From the NCBI GenBank assembly GCA_052090925.1, contig JBQDBM010000012.1:6679-70678 (forward strand): DNA of 64,000 nt. The letters run 5' to 3'. The position numbers and the translations under genes were made by a program. The stretch comes from Leucobacter sp. (lineage in GTDB: Bacteria; Actinomycetota; Actinomycetes; Actinomycetales; Microbacteriaceae). The notes under the pieces are model-generated. The model ran no database searches, had not been told where the DNA came from, and was given only the letters and a program-made list of their open reading frames with translations. Shown here piece after piece: positions 32,684-42,491 of this stretch (position 1 is its first letter; every line of letters starts with the position of its first letter).

Positions 32684-33865
32684 TTAGTCCCAGCGCACAG
32701 TCGGGCTCTCATCCGAGAAGTCGACGCTCGGCGAACCGAGCTCGCCACCGAAGATGAGCTCGAATTGCGCCCGATCGCTGCCGTTCTCAGCCTCAAGTTT
32801 CATACCGATACTGATGTAATCCGTAGATTCGAGCAGCGTGGGGTGTTCAAAATTTGAACGGACGTTCAACTTCTTGAGTGTCGCTTCGCCATCAGCTTTG
32901 AGGCTGCGCTCTACAGTTCCATCGACTGCTGAATAACCGTCCTGATTGAATCCGGAAACATCCATGCCACAGTCTGTGGTGAGGGCTTTAGAATTCGGGC
33001 ATTCCGTCAAAGCCTCGGCAACCAGGTCACGGAATGTTTGTTGCAACTCCTCCGTTGGCACTGGAATGAGCTCATAGAGTGCCTGGGTGTCATCATTGGA
33101 GCTAATAAGGAGGGCGCCTTCGGCCCCCTCGATCTCAAAGCCCTCGTTGGACAGCGCGAGTTCGTAAGCGCCGGGAAAAACATTCGTCGATTCTCCGTCA
33201 TAGTCCGCCCCATTTACCGTGAGGCCAAGGGTGTCGAACGTAGTGAGCGAGAATCGGGCAACACCGTCGATGATGATCGTCTCGTTAATGGTCCAGACCT
33301 CAAATGTTCGCTCGACCGGTTCGTCACCGAGTGTAAACGTTGTGTTGACGCGGAACTGTTCGGGGCTAATCTCGACGGCCTCGCCGACGGTGATGTCAGA
33401 GATTGGGGCGAGACTGTTCGACGCTTGGAGCACTTCATTAGTGAGGAGAGTGTCGCCCTCGTAGGAATCGATATAGCCTCGTGCAGCCTCAGCGTCACTC
33501 TCGGATAGTGCGGTGAGGTAGTTCTCGACGGACGCGCTCGGAGATTCTCCGCCCAGCCCCGCAAAGCCACCTCCGGGCTTGAGGAACGCCCACGCCAGGG
33601 CAACGATAATTGCGAGGAGTACAACACCACCGGCAATGATGGCGATGAGTGCCCCGGTTGAAAGCTTCTTCTTGGGTGGGACCGGGCCACCCGGAGGAGG
33701 CGCATAGGCATACTGCGGATGAGCATATTGTGCTTGCTGAGGGTACTCTCCCTGCTGCGGGGGAGTGGCGATAGCTCCAGTTTCAGGGGCCCGTTCGGGA
33801 GGAGTGATTTCCTCCGGTGTATGCTCGGCATCGTTCTGCTCCGGAAGATTTGGGTCGTTGCTCAT
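32684..33865 (-). CDS. Hypothetical single-pass membrane protein with a Pro/Gln-rich N-terminus
   Basis: 393-aa ORF. An N-terminal low-complexity region (PPQQGEYPQQAQYAHPQYAYAPPPGGPVPP) is followed by a TM (GALIAIIAGGVVLLAIIVALAWAF) and an acidic extracytoplasmic domain of about 290 aa. Confidence 0.6.
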   Translation of the reverse strand: MSNDPNLPEQNDAEHTPEEITPPERAPETGAIATPPQQGEYPQQAQYAHPQYAYAPPPGGPVPPKKKLSTGALIAIIAGGVVLLAIIVALAWAFLKPGGGFAGLGGESPSASVENYLTALSESDAEAARGYIDSYEGDTLLTNEVLQASNSLAPISDITVGEAVEISPEQFRVNTTFTLGDEPVERTFEVWTINETIIIDGVARFSLTTFDTLGLTVNGADYDGESTNVFPGAYELALSNEGFEIEGAEGALLISSNDDTQALYELIPVPTEELQQTFRDLVAEALTECPNSKALTTDCGMDVSGFNQDGYSAVDGTVERSLKADGEATLKKLNVRSNFEHPTLLESTDYISIGMKLEAENGSDRAQFELIFGGELGSPSVDFSDESPTVRWD

Positions 33866-33871
33866 AAATCT

Positions 33872-33877
33872 AGGCTA
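33872..33877 (-). promoter_or_regulatory. Candidate -10 hexamer TAGCCT (minus strand), 6 nt upstream of ATG 33865
   Basis: Fits TANNNT. The gap is agattt, with no SD. Confidence 0.4.
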
Positions 33878-33942
33878 GTGCTATGAAGCGCCAGTCCGAA
33901 CGCTTAACCTACGAAGTGGCCTTGTGAGCGCTGCGTGATCGG

Positions 33943-33948
33943 TAGGCT
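33943..33948 (+). promoter_or_regulatory. Candidate -10 hexamer TAGGCT, 6 nt upstream of the rpe GTG 33955
   Basis: Fits TANNNT. The gap is aggggt. Confidence 0.4.
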
Positions 33949-33954
33949 AGGGGT

Positions 33955-34620
33955 GTGGAACAACTGAGAATTAACCCAAGCATCCTGGCAGCTGACTTTG
34001 TGAACCTGCAGGCCGAACTTGAGCGCATTAGCACGGCAGACTTTGTGCATCTCGATGTGATGGACAATCATTTTGTTCCGAATCTCACTATGGGGCCGCC
34101 AATCGTCAGCCGTATTCGAGAGGTCTCTCCTGTCCCGCTCGACATGCACTTGATGCTGGATGATTCGGATCGCTGGGCACCCGAGTACGCTGAACTCGGC
34201 GCACAATCCGTGACATTCCATGCGGAGGCCACGGAGAATCCGGTGGCTCTTGCACGGAAGCTACGTGACATGGGTGCTCGCGCGGGAATTGCGCTCAACC
34301 CGGGGACTGATCCTGAGCCGTATTTGGAACTGCTGCCTGAGTTTGACCAGGTGCTCGTGATGACGGTAGAGCCGGGCTTTGGCGGACAGACGTTTATGTT
34401 CAACATGATGGCGAAGCTCAGCCGATTTGCTGAGGCGAAAAAGAAGCTCGGGCTCGATGTCTGGCTGCAGGTCGACGGTGGGGTGTCACTCGATACGATC
34501 GGGATCGCCGCAGAAGCTGGTGCCGATACATTCGTGGCGGGCTCTGCCGTATACCGAGGTGAGCCTGAGGATCGAATCGCCGAACTCAGGGCAGCCGCGG
34601 CGAACGGGCACGCACACTAG
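33955..34620 (+). CDS. rpe: Ribulose-phosphate 3-epimerase
   Basis: 221-aa ORF with [22 protein letters not shown] and [11 protein letters not shown] motifs. Confidence 0.93.
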   Translation: MEQLRINPSILAADFVNLQAELERISTADFVHLDVMDNHFVPNLTMGPPIVSRIREVSPVPLDMHLMLDDSDRWAPEYAELGAQSVTFHAEATENPVALARKLRDMGARAGIALNPGTDPEPYLELLPEFDQVLVMTVEPGFGGQTFMFNMMAKLSRFAEAKKKLGLDVWLQVDGGVSLDTIGIAAEAGADTFVAGSAVYRGEPEDRIAELRAAAANGHAH

Positions 34621-34655
34621 ACCGCGCTCGGGCCACCCGCAGCACCGGAACGCGA

Positions 34656-34661
34656 TACTCT
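34656..34661 (+). promoter_or_regulatory. Candidate -10 hexamer TACTCT, 6 nt upstream of the hisE GTG 34668
   Basis: Fits TANNNT. The gap is agtgga. Confidence 0.4.
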
Positions 34662-34667
34662 AGTGGA

Positions 34668-34931
34668 GTGAAATCGTTCGAAGCGCTCTTTGCTGAGCTC
34701 AGCAACAAAGCTCTCACCCGACCCGAGGGCAGCGACACGGTCGCGCGTTTGGACGCGGGCGTCCACTCCATAGGTAAAAAGATCGTGGAGGAGGCCGCTG
34801 AAGTTTGGATGGCGGCCGAGTACGAGTCTGATGACGCGTGTTCGGAGGAAATCAGCCAGCTGCTGTACCACCTACAGGTGCTCATGCTGGCAAAAGGGCT
34901 CACGCTCGAAGACGTGTACAAGCATCTCTAG
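34668..34931 (+). CDS. hisE: Phosphoribosyl-ATP pyrophosphatase HisE
   Basis: 87-aa ORF ([15 protein letters not shown]...[17 protein letters not shown]...[13 protein letters not shown]), a typical stand-alone HisE. Confidence 0.88.
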   Translation: MKSFEALFAELSNKALTRPEGSDTVARLDAGVHSIGKKIVEEAAEVWMAAEYESDDACSEEISQLLYHLQVLMLAKGLTLEDVYKHL

Positions 34932-35023
34932 TGTTGCGTGCGCGACTCGTTCTCGCGCACATGCTTATTGACTTATTCAGTCGCCGACCGCACGATCGGT
35001 CGGAGAGGAAGGATTCCACCCGT

Positions 35024-35863
35024 ATGCTCCGCATTGCAGTCCCCAACAAGGGCTCACTCTCAGAGGTCGCGGCCCAGATGTTGCTGGAGGCCGGTTACAC
35101 CGGCCGCCGCGACAGCCGCCAACTCGTCGCAACCGACGCGCCGAACGATGTTGAGTTTTTCTACCTGCGTCCCCGAGACATCGCCACCTATGTAGGCTCC
35201 GGTGCGCTTGATGTCGGCATTACCGGGCGAGATCTCCTGCTCGATTCGGGATCGGATGCCCATGAAATCGCGCATCTAGATTTCGCGAGCTCGACTTTTC
35301 GGTTTGCGGCGCCTTCGGATTCCATCACGGATCTCGAACAGCTGGCAGGGAAGCGCGTGGCAACGAGCTACCCGACTCTCGTTGACAACTTTCTGCGAGA
35401 GCGCGGCATCGAATCCAAGCTCGTAAAACTCGATGGCGCAGTTGAGTCGGCTGTGCGACTTGGCGTGGCGGATGCCGTCGCCGACGTTGTTTCGACCGGA
35501 GCTACCCTGCGGGCGGCTGGCCTCGACATCTTTGGCCCAGTGATTCTCGAATCTACCGCCGTGCTGATTGGTGGGCCGAGCGAGCACGCCGGGATTAGTC
35601 GACTCATGCGTCGCCTGCGTGGAGTTTTGGTCGCCCGAAAGTTCGTGATCATGGATTACGACCTGCCAGTCGAACGTCTCGAAGCAGCAACGGCTGTCGC
35701 TGGTGGTATGGAATCCCCGACCGTTTCGCCCTTGAAAGATGAGGATTGGGTCGCGGTCCGCGTGATGGTCCAAGTAGAGACCGCCAATCAGGTAATGGAT
35801 CAGCTCTACGAGTTGGGTGCGCGAGCGATCCTCGTCACCGCAATCCACGCTGCGAGGCTCTGA
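35024..35863 (+). CDS. hisG: ATP phosphoribosyltransferase HisG (long form)
   Basis: ORF 34838-35863. ATG 35024 gives [14 protein letters not shown]. At about 279 aa it includes the C-terminal regulatory domain. Confidence 0.9.
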   Translation: MLRIAVPNKGSLSEVAAQMLLEAGYTGRRDSRQLVATDAPNDVEFFYLRPRDIATYVGSGALDVGITGRDLLLDSGSDAHEIAHLDFASSTFRFAAPSDSITDLEQLAGKRVATSYPTLVDNFLRERGIESKLVKLDGAVESAVRLGVADAVADVVSTGATLRAAGLDIFGPVILESTAVLIGGPSEHAGISRLMRRLRGVLVARKFVIMDYDLPVERLEAATAVAGGMESPTVSPLKDEDWVAVRVMVQVETANQVMDQLYELGARAILVTAIHAARL

Positions 35864-35865
35864 TC

Positions 35866-36645
35866 ATGGCTGTTGCAACCCGGGTCATCCCGTGCCTTGA
35901 TGTTGCGGACGGCCGTGTCGTCAAAGGGGTCAACTTTTTGAATCTCCGAGACGCAGGTGATCCTGTTGAACTGGCCGCGCAGTACGCGGCACAAGGGGCC
36001 GACGAGCTCACGTTTCTCGATGTCACCGCGACCGTTGATAATCGTGCGACCACCCACGACATGGTTCGACGCACTGCTGAGCAAGTATTCATTCCTCTCA
36101 CCGTTGGCGGCGGAGTGCGCAGCAGGGAAGACGTGGATCGACTCCTTGGGGTCGGCGCCGACAAGGTCGGAGTGAACAGCGCGGCGATTGCTCGACCAGA
36201 ACTTATTGGCGAGATTGCTGACCGGTTTGGTGAGCAGGTGCTCGTGCTGTCCCTTGATGTGAAACGAAGCGAGCGGCAACCGAGTGGCTTCGCCGTGACC
36301 ACACATGGAGGTAAGAGGGAAGCTGACCTTGATGCGCTTGCGTGGTGTCGGGAGGCCGTGGATCGGGGCGCTGGCGAGTTGCTTGTTAACTCTATGGATG
36401 CCGACGGCACGCAGGAGGGCTTTGATCTCGAACTCACCCGGCTCATTCGCGAGCTGTCCACCGTCCCGATCATTGCATCGGGTGGGGCCGGGCGCGTCGA
36501 AGACTTCGCACCAGCGGTCGAGGCCGGTGCGGATGCGGTGCTCGCAGCCTCGGTATTTCACTACGGAACGCTGACGGTCGGCCAGGTGAAAGAAGCACTC
36601 GCGAACGCTGGGCATACGGTCCGCATGACAGGGGTGTCCGAATGA
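35866..36645 (+). CDS. hisF: Imidazole glycerol phosphate synthase cyclase subunit HisF
   Basis: ORF 35746-36645. ATG 35866 gives [24 protein letters not shown], and the IASGGAG motif is present. Confidence 0.95.
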   Translation: MAVATRVIPCLDVADGRVVKGVNFLNLRDAGDPVELAAQYAAQGADELTFLDVTATVDNRATTHDMVRRTAEQVFIPLTVGGGVRSREDVDRLLGVGADKVGVNSAAIARPELIGEIADRFGEQVLVLSLDVKRSERQPSGFAVTTHGGKREADLDALAWCREAVDRGAGELLVNSMDADGTQEGFDLELTRLIRELSTVPIIASGGAGRVEDFAPAVEAGADAVLAASVFHYGTLTVGQVKEALANAGHTVRMTGVSE

Positions 36646-37025
36646 CTGTCGCAGATCCAGCGATCCTTGCGGCACTGCAGTTTGACGAGCAGGGGCTCAT
36701 TCCAGCGATCATTCAAGATGATGATTCAGGGGATGTACTCATGCTCGCCTGGATGGATCGTGAAGCAGTGAGACGTACGCTGACCACCGGGCGTGTGACG
36801 TTTTGGTCGCGTTCACGTCAGGAATATTGGCGTAAAGGTGACACGTCCGGGCACCGTCAATACGTGCAGAGCGCGGCTGTCGATTGTGATGATGACACGC
36901 TGCTTGTACGCGTCATTCAAGTGGGGGCTGCGTGCCACACCGGCACACGAGCGTGTTTCACCGGGCGTGGAATTCCGGCGGTGAAGGGGGATCCTGCGAG
37001 TGATGCTCCTGCTGAGAATGCATAA
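36642..37025 (+). CDS. hisI: Phosphoribosyl-AMP cyclohydrolase HisI
   Basis: 127-aa ORF with [37 protein letters not shown] and CHTG motifs. Its ATGA start overlaps the hisF stop. Confidence 0.9.
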   Translation: MTVADPAILAALQFDEQGLIPAIIQDDDSGDVLMLAWMDREAVRRTLTTGRVTFWSRSRQEYWRKGDTSGHRQYVQSAAVDCDDDTLLVRVIQVGAACHTGTRACFTGRGIPAVKGDPASDAPAENA

Positions 37026-37038
37026 CTCAGCAGCCCGG

Positions 37039-37044
37039 TAGGCT
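37039..37044 (+). promoter_or_regulatory. Candidate -10 hexamer TAGGCT, 6 nt upstream of the trpE GTG 37051
   Basis: Fits TANNNT. The gap is ggaacg. It lies in the 25-nt hisI-trpE spacer. Confidence 0.4.
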
Positions 37045-37050
37045 GGAACG

Positions 37051-38646
37051 GTGAGCCTTACCACTAGTCGCGCTGCATTCGACGCCGCGCGCATCACCCA
37101 CTCCGTCGTCCCCGTTTGTCGTGAAGTGTTTGCTGACGCAGACACACCAGTGAGCATCTATCGTAAAGTAGCTGCGTCACGGCCCGGCACGTTTCTGCTG
37201 GAATCAGCGGAGCAGGGCGGAGTGTGGACTCGATTCAGCTTCGTCGGTGCCGGCAGCTTCGGTGTGCTGGGCGAACGAGGGGGGAAAGCTCACTGGTCTC
37301 CACGTCGAGCAGGCGTCGGCACGGAGACAGATACGGCGGCGACTGGGACCGCAACGGTGGTTGACGAGGATCGGCTGCTGCCCGGTGGTGTCTCCGAGCT
37401 CGGTCCAGTTGAGGCACTTCGTGCCGTCTACGAGCACTGGGCATCCGCCCCGGTGCCGGGGCTTCCGCCGCTTGCAAGCGGATTCGTCGGGTATCTCGGT
37501 TGGGAGACGGTTCGTCAGTTCGAACGACTCGAGAACGGACCGGGTGACGGCCCCGGCCTCCCGTCTCAGGGGCTCAGTTTTGTCTCGGAGCTCGTGGTCA
37601 TTGATCACCGTGAAGGAAGTGTCGTGCTGCTCGCCAACGTCCTGTGTGATGATGATTCCACGGACGCTGAAGCACTCTGGACCGACGCGCAGCACCGACT
37701 AAATGCTCTCCAAAATTCGCTCGCGGCGCCCGCGACCTCGCCGCTCGGTGAACTTGACCACGGGGCCATTGCGCGACCCGAGCGGTTGACTTCGCAGGAG
37801 GACTACATGGAGTCGGTGGAGCGAGCGAAACGCTACATCGTCGATGGGGACATCTTCCAAGTGGTGCCATCGCAACGCTTCGACCATGAGTGCACGGCTG
37901 ATCCGCTCGATGTGTACCGGGTGCTGCGACACTTAAACCCCAGCCCGTATCTGTATTTACTGAGTCTCGAAGACGCAGACGGGACGCCGTTCTCTGTTGT
38001 GGGGTCGAGCCCAGAGGCACTGGTTACGGTTCAAGAAACCGGTCATGTCATGACGCATCCGATTGCGGGCTCTCGCCCCCGAGGTGCAAGCGTCGATGAA
38101 GATCAGCAGAACGAGCGGGAGCTTCTCGCCGATGAGAAAGAGCGCTCCGAGCACCTCATGCTTGTGGATCTTGCGCGGAATGATCTCTTGCGGGTCTGTG
38201 CGCCTGATTCGGTCGAGGTCACTGAGTTCATGCGCGTCGAACGCTTTAGCCACATCATGCACATCGTGTCGACCGTGGAGGGTCAGGTACGCGACGACGA
38301 GAACGCCATAGACGTATTACGAGCGACGTTCCCGGCAGGAACGCTCTCGGGTGCACCGAAACCTCGGGCTCTCCAGATTATCGATGAGCTTGAGCCAGTG
38401 CAGCGTGGCGTCTATGGCGGGGTTGTCGGGTACTTTGGGCTGGGTGGCGCGGCGGACCTCGCGATCGCGATCCGAACCGCCACAATACGCAACGGCGTGG
38501 CCATGGTGCAGGCCGGTGGTGGGGTGGTCGCGGATTCTGTGCCGCTTCTTGAAGATCAGGAGTGCCAAAATAAAGCCGCTGCGCCGCTGCGCGCGGTAGC
38601 GGTAGCGAACACGCTCAAGGCAGCCACAGTAGGAGCCACGAACTAG
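37051..38646 (+). CDS. trpE: Anthranilate synthase component I TrpE
   Basis: 531-aa ORF with the chorismate-binding signature (GDIFQVVPSQRF, NPSPYLYLL, GTLSGAPKPRA, YGGVVGYF). Confidence 0.93.
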   Translation: MSLTTSRAAFDAARITHSVVPVCREVFADADTPVSIYRKVAASRPGTFLLESAEQGGVWTRFSFVGAGSFGVLGERGGKAHWSPRRAGVGTETDTAATGTATVVDEDRLLPGGVSELGPVEALRAVYEHWASAPVPGLPPLASGFVGYLGWETVRQFERLENGPGDGPGLPSQGLSFVSELVVIDHREGSVVLLANVLCDDDSTDAEALWTDAQHRLNALQNSLAAPATSPLGELDHGAIARPERLTSQEDYMESVERAKRYIVDGDIFQVVPSQRFDHECTADPLDVYRVLRHLNPSPYLYLLSLEDADGTPFSVVGSSPEALVTVQETGHVMTHPIAGSRPRGASVDEDQQNERELLADEKERSEHLMLVDLARNDLLRVCAPDSVEVTEFMRVERFSHIMHIVSTVEGQVRDDENAIDVLRATFPAGTLSGAPKPRALQIIDELEPVQRGVYGGVVGYFGLGGAADLAIAIRTATIRNGVAMVQAGGGVVADSVPLLEDQECQNKAAAPLRAVAVANTLKAATVGATN

Positions 38647-39284
38647 TGCTGCAAAAGTTCGTCAGCAAGCGCGCGCTTATTACTCAAATTTTCTTATGGG
38701 GTGTTCTGGCGCTGATCGCCACCACGCAGACTTGGGTATCAATTGAAGTCGATGCGGGTGCAGGGGTGCAGCAGTTTGAAGCATCCGGGCAGAGTCTGAA
38801 CGCTGCGCTTTCACCTATTGCTGTCGCTACCCTCGCGGCTGCGATCGCGCTTACGATTGCCGGGCGGGTGTTTCGCCGCATTCTTAGCGTGCTTGTCGTG
38901 CTGCTCGGTGTCGGTCTCATCGCGCTTGTCGTGGGCGTGATGCAGGATCCGGCTGCGGCTTCTGCGGGAGGCTTGGCCGAACTGACTGGGCTCACAGGAG
39001 GGGGCAATGCTGAGTTGGTCACTTCAATGACTGTCTCTGTGTGGCCGGTGGTGCTTGGGGTCTCCGGTGCACTGACTTGTCTGAGTGGTGCGTTTGTCAC
39101 GGTGTTGAGTGGCCGCTGGGTGAAGAGTGGGCAGAAGTACGAGGCGGGTGCCGCTCCTGCTCGGGCTCAAAGTCCCGGATCGGATCGGATCTCAGATTGG
39201 GACGCGTTGAGCGATGGGGACGACCCGAGCGAGGAGGGCGACACGGGCAACTCCCGTTCGACTCCACCACCGCAGAACCGATAG
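38646..39284 (+). CDS. Trp-operon-associated membrane protein (hypothetical)
   Basis: 212-aa ORF with four predicted TM segments and an acidic tail. GTG 38646 shares one base with the trpE TAG. A membrane protein at this position between trpE and trpC is common in actinobacterial trp clusters. Confidence 0.65.
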   Translation: MLQKFVSKRALITQIFLWGVLALIATTQTWVSIEVDAGAGVQQFEASGQSLNAALSPIAVATLAAAIALTIAGRVFRRILSVLVVLLGVGLIALVVGVMQDPAAASAGGLAELTGLTGGGNAELVTSMTVSVWPVVLGVSGALTCLSGAFVTVLSGRWVKSGQKYEAGAAPARAQSPGSDRISDWDALSDGDDPSEEGDTGNSRSTPPPQNR

Positions 39285-39318
39285 GCTGAGATTACTCGAA
39301 ATTGTCCAGAGGAGATTC

Positions 39319-39552
39319 ATGACTACCCCCCACGGAGACCCCGGCCACGGAGACTCGCCCGCCTCATGGACGGCTGTGATCGTAATGCTGATCGCCGTCG
39401 CTGCTGGCACCGTATTTTTCTTCCTACACATGCCCGCTATGGTGTGGGCGTGCGGGGGACTCCTCGTCGTGGGCGCACTGTTGGGGTGGGTACTGGCGAA
39501 AGCCGGGTACGGCGTGAACGGTCCCAGGTTCACCCCGAAAACGCACGACTAA
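39319..39552 (+). CDS. Small two-TM membrane protein with an HGxxPAxW motif
   Basis: ORF 39214-39552. GAGGAG-like agaggag precedes ATG 39319. The product is MTTPHGDPGHGDSPASWTAVIVML..., 77 aa. Confidence 0.6.
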   Translation: MTTPHGDPGHGDSPASWTAVIVMLIAVAAGTVFFFLHMPAMVWACGGLLVVGALLGWVLAKAGYGVNGPRFTPKTHD

Positions 39553-39553
39553 C

Positions 39554-40324
39554 GTGCTCGAGCAGTTACTTGCGGGGTCGCTGGAAGACGCGGCTACACG
39601 CAGAGAATCCCGACCATTTGGCGTTCTCGAACGCGAGGCGCTTGAACGGCCTGCAGCAATCGACGCGCTCGCTGCGCTGGAACCCGCCGAACACATCAAG
39701 GTAATCGCTGAGGTGAAGCGGGCAAGCCCCTCCCGTGGAGATCTCGCTGATATTCCTGAACCTCACGCCCTCGCTGCCCAGTACGAGGCTGGCGGCGCAA
39801 GTGCAGTGAGCGTATTAACCGAGGAACGCAGGTTTAAGGGGTCGCTCGCAGACCTCGAGGCTGTGCGTAAGGCGGTGAGCATTCCCGTGCTGCGCAAGGA
39901 CTTCATCGGTGATGAGTACCAGGTGCTTGAGGCACGTGCTGCCGGGGCGGACCTCACGCTCCTTATTGTGGCTGCTCTCCCGCAGAACACACTCCAGCGC
40001 CTGTACACAATCATAAAAGAGCTCGGCATGACCCCGTTGGTCGAAGCACATTCGGCTGATGAGGTCGCACGCGCGGTCGATCTGGGAGCTGAGCTAATCG
40101 GCGTGAATGCGCGTAATCTCACGACGTTTGAGCTCGACCGCGAGCTGTTTAGCCGAGTCGCCGACCAGATTCCCGCGGGTGTTACTCGCGTTGCGGAATC
40201 AGCTGTTCTCGATGTGACCGACGTTGAGCGCTACCGTGAAGCGGGTGCCGATGTGGTACTCGTCGGCGAAGCGCTGGTCACTAACGACCCCATCGCAACG
40301 CTGAAGTCTTATCTCAGCGTCTAA
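39554..40324 (+). CDS. trpC: Indole-3-glycerol phosphate synthase TrpC
   Basis: 256-aa ORF with IAEVKRASPSRG, LRKDFI and VNARNL motifs. Confidence 0.92.
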   Translation: MLEQLLAGSLEDAATRRESRPFGVLEREALERPAAIDALAALEPAEHIKVIAEVKRASPSRGDLADIPEPHALAAQYEAGGASAVSVLTEERRFKGSLADLEAVRKAVSIPVLRKDFIGDEYQVLEARAAGADLTLLIVAALPQNTLQRLYTIIKELGMTPLVEAHSADEVARAVDLGAELIGVNARNLTTFELDRELFSRVADQIPAGVTRVAESAVLDVTDVERYREAGADVVLVGEALVTNDPIATLKSYLSV

Positions 40325-40346
40325 TTCTTTCTTAGGTGTGTAAACC

Positions 40347-41588
40347 ATGACAGACCAGAGCATGAGTTCGAAGTCGCTTCGCGACCAGAGTGGCCCGTTC
40401 TTCGGAGACTTCGGCGGTCGATATATGCCGGAGTCCCTCATTGCAGCGCTTGATGAAGTCACTCAGGCATATGAAGACTCCAAAACTGATCCAGAGTTCG
40501 CGGCCGAACTTACCGAGCTTCACCGCAGCTACACTGGCCGCCCCTCAATTATCACGGAGGTGCCGCGATTTGCGGAGCACGGTGGGGCAGCCCGGATCAT
40601 CCTGAAACGTGAGGACCTGAATCACACGGGATCCCATAAAATCAACAATGTGCTCGGGCAAGCGCTACTCGTCAAGCGGCTCGGAAAAACTCGGTTGATC
40701 GCTGAGACAGGCGCAGGGCAGCACGGCGTGGCAACCGCGACCGCAGCGGCGCTATTCGGTATGGACTGCACCATATATATGGGTGAAGTAGACACCGAGC
40801 GTCAGGCACTGAACGTGGCGCGAATGCGCCTGCTCGGCGCCGAAGTGGTCTCAGTTCGAACGGGCTCACGCACGCTCAAAGACGCAATCAACGAGGCATT
40901 CCGTGACTGGGTGGCGAACGTCCATACGACGCACTACCTACTCGGCACGGTGAACGGGCCGCATCCGTTCCCTGCAATGGTGCGCGACTTCCATCGAGTC
41001 ATCGGTCAGGAGGCCCGCAAACAAGTGGAGGAGCTGACCGGTCAGCTCCCAGATGCTGTCGCAGCATGTGTGGGCGGCGGATCAAACGCGATCGGCATCT
41101 TCCACGCGTTCCTTGATGATCCAAGTGTGGCACTGTACGGGTTTGAGCCGGGCGGACACGGTCTGGAATCCGGGCAGCACGGTGCGACGATTGGCGAGGG
41201 TCGCGCCGGAGTATTGCACGGCACACGGACGTTCGTGCTGCAGGACGACGACGGCCAAACTCTTGAGTCGTACTCAATCTCCGCGGGCCTTGATTATCCT
41301 GGCGTCGGGCCCGAACATGCGTGGCTCGCAGACATTGGGCGTGCGAACTATCAGTCGGTCACCGACGCCGAAGCTATGCAGGCGTTTCGGCTCCTTTCTC
41401 AGACCGAGGGCATCATCCCAGCGATTGAGTCGGCACACGCGCTGGCGGGCGCGCTGCGGCTCGGAAAAGAGCTTGGCAAGGATGCCGTGATCCTGGTGAA
41501 TCTTTCTGGCCGTGGCGACAAAGACATGACGACAGCTGCCCGCTACTTTGATCTACTGGACAGCGAGCAAACGGGAGCATCAGAATGA
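40347..41588 (+). CDS. trpB: Tryptophan synthase beta chain TrpB
   Basis: 413-aa ORF with [11 protein letters not shown] (PLP lysine), AETGAGQHG and GGGSNAIG. Confidence 0.96.
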   Translation: MTDQSMSSKSLRDQSGPFFGDFGGRYMPESLIAALDEVTQAYEDSKTDPEFAAELTELHRSYTGRPSIITEVPRFAEHGGAARIILKREDLNHTGSHKINNVLGQALLVKRLGKTRLIAETGAGQHGVATATAAALFGMDCTIYMGEVDTERQALNVARMRLLGAEVVSVRTGSRTLKDAINEAFRDWVANVHTTHYLLGTVNGPHPFPAMVRDFHRVIGQEARKQVEELTGQLPDAVAACVGGGSNAIGIFHAFLDDPSVALYGFEPGGHGLESGQHGATIGEGRAGVLHGTRTFVLQDDDGQTLESYSISAGLDYPGVGPEHAWLADIGRANYQSVTDAEAMQAFRLLSQTEGIIPAIESAHALAGALRLGKELGKDAVILVNLSGRGDKDMTTAARYFDLLDSEQTGASE

Positions 41589-42382
41589 GCCGCCACATCT
41601 CGCAGGTCGCACAGGCGATCCACGCGGCGAAAACCAAACGCCGTGGTGCTCTCGTTGGCTACCTTCCCGTCGGGTTTCCTGACCTCGATACCAGCATCGA
41701 CGCCGCAGTCACTATGGTGCGCAACGGTGTGGACGTGGTGGAGTTCGGTCTCCCGTATTCCGATCCTGTAATGGACGGAATCGTCATTCAGGAGGCTACG
41801 CAGACAGCGCTCGCTGCTGGATTCCGCGTGTCGCAGGTGTTTGAAGCGATTCGACGTTTTCGTGCGACCGTTGACGCACCGGTCCTCGTCATGACGTACT
41901 GGAACCCTGTCCTTCAGTATGGGATCGAGCGGTTCGCGAGAGAGCTTGCGGAAGCGGGCGGGGCGGGGCTCATTACGCCAGACATTACTCCCGACTCGGC
42001 GGCCGAATGGATCGAACTGAGTGAGAAATATGGCCTCGACCGGGTCTTTCTGGCTGCTCCAACGTCGAGTGATGAGCGGCTCGAACTCGTGGCACGCAAC
42101 ACGACGGGGTTGGTGTACACCGTCTCAACCATGGGAATCACCGGCGAAAGAACGGAACTCGACGCCGCCGCGAGTGCACTGACCGGTCGGTTACGAGCAC
42201 ACGGTGCTGACCTCGCATGCGTCGGTATTGGTATTTCCACGGCCGACCATGTCGCGGCCTCCCTCGACTATGCAGACGGCGCAATCGTGGGTACTGCCTT
42301 TGTGCGTGCACTGCGCGATGGTGGAGTCGAAGCGCTCGCGGAGACCGTCCGAAAAATTGCTGCGGGGACCGCGGTCAGGTAA
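41585..42382 (+). CDS. trpA: Tryptophan synthase alpha chain TrpA
   Basis: 265-aa ORF with [13 protein letters not shown] and GFGIS-like GIGIST motifs. Its ATGA start overlaps the trpB stop. Confidence 0.93.
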   Translation: MSRHISQVAQAIHAAKTKRRGALVGYLPVGFPDLDTSIDAAVTMVRNGVDVVEFGLPYSDPVMDGIVIQEATQTALAAGFRVSQVFEAIRRFRATVDAPVLVMTYWNPVLQYGIERFARELAEAGGAGLITPDITPDSAAEWIELSEKYGLDRVFLAAPTSSDERLELVARNTTGLVYTVSTMGITGERTELDAAASALTGRLRAHGADLACVGIGISTADHVAASLDYADGAIVGTAFVRALRDGGVEALAETVRKIAAGTAVR

Positions 42383-42491
42383 TGCACGCATACTCATCAA
42401 GTCCGCGCTAGGATTGTTGCGGTCGTCGCCGTAATTGGCGAGAGCACACCAAGATCCATCAGAGCGACTCACGCTCATGAAAGAGGAGTGG

